Origin: a virus
Lineage: Duplodnaviria; Heunggongvirae; Uroviricota; Caudoviricetes
Length of the DNA: 9,037 nucleotides
IMG/VR virus record: IMGVR_UViG_2778261463_000001
Location: 1 to 9,037 of that record
Direction: 5' to 3' (one strand)
The position numbers were made by a program, and so were the translations under genes. A model generated the notes under the pieces. It made no database searches. It was not told the DNA's origin and saw only the letters and a list, made by a program, of their open reading frames with translations. This document shows, piece by piece, positions 7,037 to 9,037 of the stretch (position 1 is its first letter; each line of letters starts with the position of its first letter).

Positions 7037-8103
7037 ACAGTTTAACGGCAAATAACCGTTGGTCGCAACAGCTGGTGGTCCGCGTGGCTGAACACCTGTT
7101 GTTACGGCATGAATGCAGATTACCAAATCACCTGGCTGTAAGTAACCACAGAGAACTTTACCTGACTGTGGGGGGCGAGTTGTGCAGGAACTTAACCGCT
7201 GGTTTCGTGACGGAAGAGGGCTTTATGTTCATGTTATTCGTTGGGAACCAGAAACACAGCGCGTTATCTATCTTCGCAAAGACTACCCGCATGAGTGCTT
7301 TAGTCCTTTGTGGAAATTCAGGCGTGATTTTGTTGAGTGTGAAGGACCACCAGCACATTGATTCTGCCATTCCGGGACGTTACACTGTTCAGGCACCTTA
7401 TAAAGCGGGTGCCGGGATTGGCGTCCTGAAATTGATTACTGAGCATAACCGCGCTCATGCGGTTTTTTCGTGTCATGAGCATTGCTACGCCCAAATTATG
7501 GTGGGGCGTACAGGGCCGACTTCGGTCGGGCCGGGTTCGGTAGTCTCCGGTAACGCCAACCCTGTACGTCTCACCACCTCTGTGATTGGCGTCCCATGTG
7601 GTGAGTTTTCTAAAAAACTGACTACCGGGGCTGTCACCATGACTACTCTCCCAACCCTCTCTCAACCTGAAATTGCCATCGTTGATGGTCAGGCTGTTAC
7701 ATCTTCTTTGGCTGTTGCTGACTTCTTCTCTAAACGTCATGACGATGTTCTGAAAAAGATCCGCATTTTGGATTGTTCTCCAGAGTTTTGTGCCCGCAAT
7801 TTTGCGGAGACATCAATTTTGGTACGCCAGCCCAACGGCGGTACTCGCAAACTTCCTTGCTACCAAATCACACGCGACGGTTTTGCGTTTCTTGCTATGG
7901 GTTTCACGGGTAAACGTGCTGCCCAGTTCAAAGAGGCATATATCAATGCCTTTAACCAGATGGAGAAACAGCTTTCAAAGCCCGCTGTACCGAGCGACGT
8001 TGCACATAACGCCAGCGTTCTCTGTTCCTACATTTCATCAATTCATCAGGTCTGGCTGCAGCAGCTTTATCCCGAAAGGGAAGGTCGAGATCACTATCAG
8101 TAA
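7033..8103 (+). CDS. Rha-family phage regulatory protein (long form): ~200 N-terminal residues of unknown function fused in frame to a C-terminal pRha domain
   Basis: 356-codon open frame whose ATG overlaps the cII-like stop (ATGA at 7033-7036). Residues from about 7639 match the Rha core (KRHDDVLKKIR, ITRDGFAFLAMGFTGKRAAQFKEAYINAFNQME). Alternative starts at 7498 or 7639 would give 201 or 154 aa. Confidence 0.5.
   Translation: MNSLTANNRWSQQLVVRVAEHLLLRHECRLPNHLAVSNHRELYLTVGGELCRNLTAGFVTEEGFMFMLFVGNQKHSALSIFAKTTRMSALVLCGNSGVILLSVKDHQHIDSAIPGRYTVQAPYKAGAGIGVLKLITEHNRAHAVFSCHEHCYAQIMVGRTGPTSVGPGSVVSGNANPVRLTTSVIGVPCGEFSKKLTTGAVTMTTLPTLSQPEIAIVDGQAVTSSLAVADFFSKRHDDVLKKIRILDCSPEFCARNFAETSILVRQPNGGTRKLPCYQITRDGFAFLAMGFTGKRAAQFKEAYINAFNQMEKQLSKPAVPSDVAHNASVLCSYISSIHQVWLQQLYPEREGRDHYQ
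7447..7468 (+). terminator. Terminator-like hairpin (AACCGC-gctcat-GCGGTT followed by a T-run) inside the long ORF
   Basis: 6-bp stem with 6-nt loop; six consecutive T at 7463-7468. Weak stem, and it lies inside an open reading frame, so it may be fortuitous. Confidence 0.25.
7499..7576 (+). other. Strand-specific RNA stem-loop element: 17-bp closing stem with two G-U pairs enclosing a CCGAC-UUCG-GUCGG tetraloop hairpin
   Basis: 7499-7515 pairs with 7560-7576 (15 Watson-Crick plus 2 G-T pairs, so it folds only as plus-strand RNA). Inner hairpin 7516-7529. Tandem imperfect 15-nt repeat GGGCCGACTTCGGTC / GGGCCGGGTTCGGTA. Confidence 0.4.
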
Positions 8104-8153
8104 GTATGAGAAACCGGCGGGTGCAGCCGCCTGATTAAGAGGAGAAACGAAGT

Positions 8154-8963
8154 ATGAATAATCTGATAGTTATTGATGGTATTGAAGTTCGTCGTGATGC
8201 TTATGGGCGTTACAGCCTGAACGATCTGCACAGGGCAGCCGGGGGAGAACAAAAAAACCGCCCGAAATACTGGCTCTCCAATAAGCAAACCTGTGAATTG
8301 ATTGAACAACTTTTCACCGAGGGTGAAATTCCGCCTCTGGAACAAAATCAACCAGTTAGCGTCATTAATGGCGGAAATAACCAGGGGACGTATGTCTGCA
8401 AAGAACTGGTGTATGCCTATGCAATGTGGATCAGCCCGTCATTCCATCTGAAGGTGATCCGTACTTTCGATATGGTAACCAGCGCACCGGAAAAATTATC
8501 CGGGCAGGCTGCTGACAAGATGCAGGCTGGTGTGATTCTGCTGGACTTTATGCGCCGGGAGTTAAACCTGTCTAACTCTTCAGTGCTTGGTGCCTGTCAG
8601 AAACTCCAGGAGGCTGTTGGCTTACCGAATCTGGCACCGCGCTATGCCATTGATGCTCCTGCTGACGCGCCTGATGGCTCAAGTCGCCCTACGCTGTCGC
8701 TGAGTGCACTGCTGAAACAGTATGGTATCCGCCTTACGGCTAATCAGGCATATCACCAGATGGCGAAGCTGGGGATCGTTGAACAACGCGAACGATACAG
8801 CCGTACCACGATTAACAACATCAAAAAATTCTGGTCGCTGACAGCGAAAGGTTGCATGTTCGGCAAGAACATCACCAGTCCCGCAAATCCGCGCGAGACG
8901 CAGCCGCATTTCTTCGAATCCCGATTCCCTGAGCTGTTAAAGTTGCTCGATACCGTTCATTGA
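8154..8963 (+). CDS. KilA-N domain protein (putative antirepressor or host-interference protein), 269 aa
   Basis: AGGAG 9 nt upstream of the ATG. N-terminal KilA-N hallmarks: VIDGIEVRRDAYGRYSLNDLHRAAGGE...NRPKYWL and ELVYAYAMWISPSFHLKVIRTFD. Confidence 0.75.
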   Translation: MNNLIVIDGIEVRRDAYGRYSLNDLHRAAGGEQKNRPKYWLSNKQTCELIEQLFTEGEIPPLEQNQPVSVINGGNNQGTYVCKELVYAYAMWISPSFHLKVIRTFDMVTSAPEKLSGQAADKMQAGVILLDFMRRELNLSNSSVLGACQKLQEAVGLPNLAPRYAIDAPADAPDGSSRPTLSLSALLKQYGIRLTANQAYHQMAKLGIVEQRERYSRTTINNIKKFWSLTAKGCMFGKNITSPANPRETQPHFFESRFPELLKLLDTVH

Positions 8964-8970
8964 GGTGACC

Positions 8971-9037
8971 GTGAGAGCACTACTGACCCCTGAAATTGCC
9001 CCGCGTATGGGGATCGTATTGTTCAGGCCAGGTTCAG
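8971..9037 (+). CDS. 5' end of a further rightward gene (partial, runs off the window)
   Basis: GTG at 8971 preceded by GAGGTGA; open to the window edge (VRALLTPEIAPRMGIVLFRPGS...). Too short to assign a product. Confidence 0.3.
   Translation, partial: MRALLTPEIAPRMGIVLFRPGS

Noticed and set aside
7453-7479. 7-bp inverted repeat GCTCATG...CATGAGC as an alternative antiterminator pairing
   Set aside because: Seven-bp repeats at this spacing are expected many times by chance in 9 kb; not enough evidence for an attenuator.
6938-8909. Minus-strand ORFs 6938..7126, 7158..7370, 7318..7740, 8097..8351, 8679..8909 and plus-strand 7790..8134
   Set aside because: Antisense or off-frame within the rightward cII-like, Rha and KilA-N genes. 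None has an RBS or a recognisable motif.
1-9037. CRISPR arrays, tRNA or rRNA genes, IS elements or transposases
   Set aside because: No regularly spaced direct repeats, no cloverleaf-compatible tRNA-like sequence, and no transposase-like ORF or terminal inverted repeats were found.

Overview
This window reads as the early/immunity region of a lambdoid enterobacterial prophage, resembling the E. coli CPS-53 (KpLE1) family but with an intact immunity module. Centre: a LexA-like autocleavable CI repressor (minus strand, 5484-6137) divergent from cro-like (YdaS-type) and cII-like (YdaT-type) genes, flanked by OL and OR operator clusters built on one 16-bp dyad, and by pL and pR promoters of identical design (TTGACA-18 bp-TACATT). 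Leftward pL operon (minus strand, 5026 down to 155): yfdP-, yfdQ-, yfdR- (HD-domain) and yfdS-like genes, small ORFs, an Ea22-like gene, a DUF551 gene, a DnaQ-like 3'-5' exonuclease and an excisionase-like gene, mostly joined by ATGA/GTGA stop-start overlaps. Rightward: cro, cII-like, a 356-codon ORF ending in a Rha domain, a KilA-N protein and the start of a further gene. No rRNA, tRNA, CRISPR array or transposase was seen. Most worth a second look: (i) a ~330-nt structured, apparently non-coding pL leader with no N-like gene; (ii) conflicting coding and RNA-structure signals in 7033-7638. All family assignments are from motif recall and ORF lengths, not from a database search.
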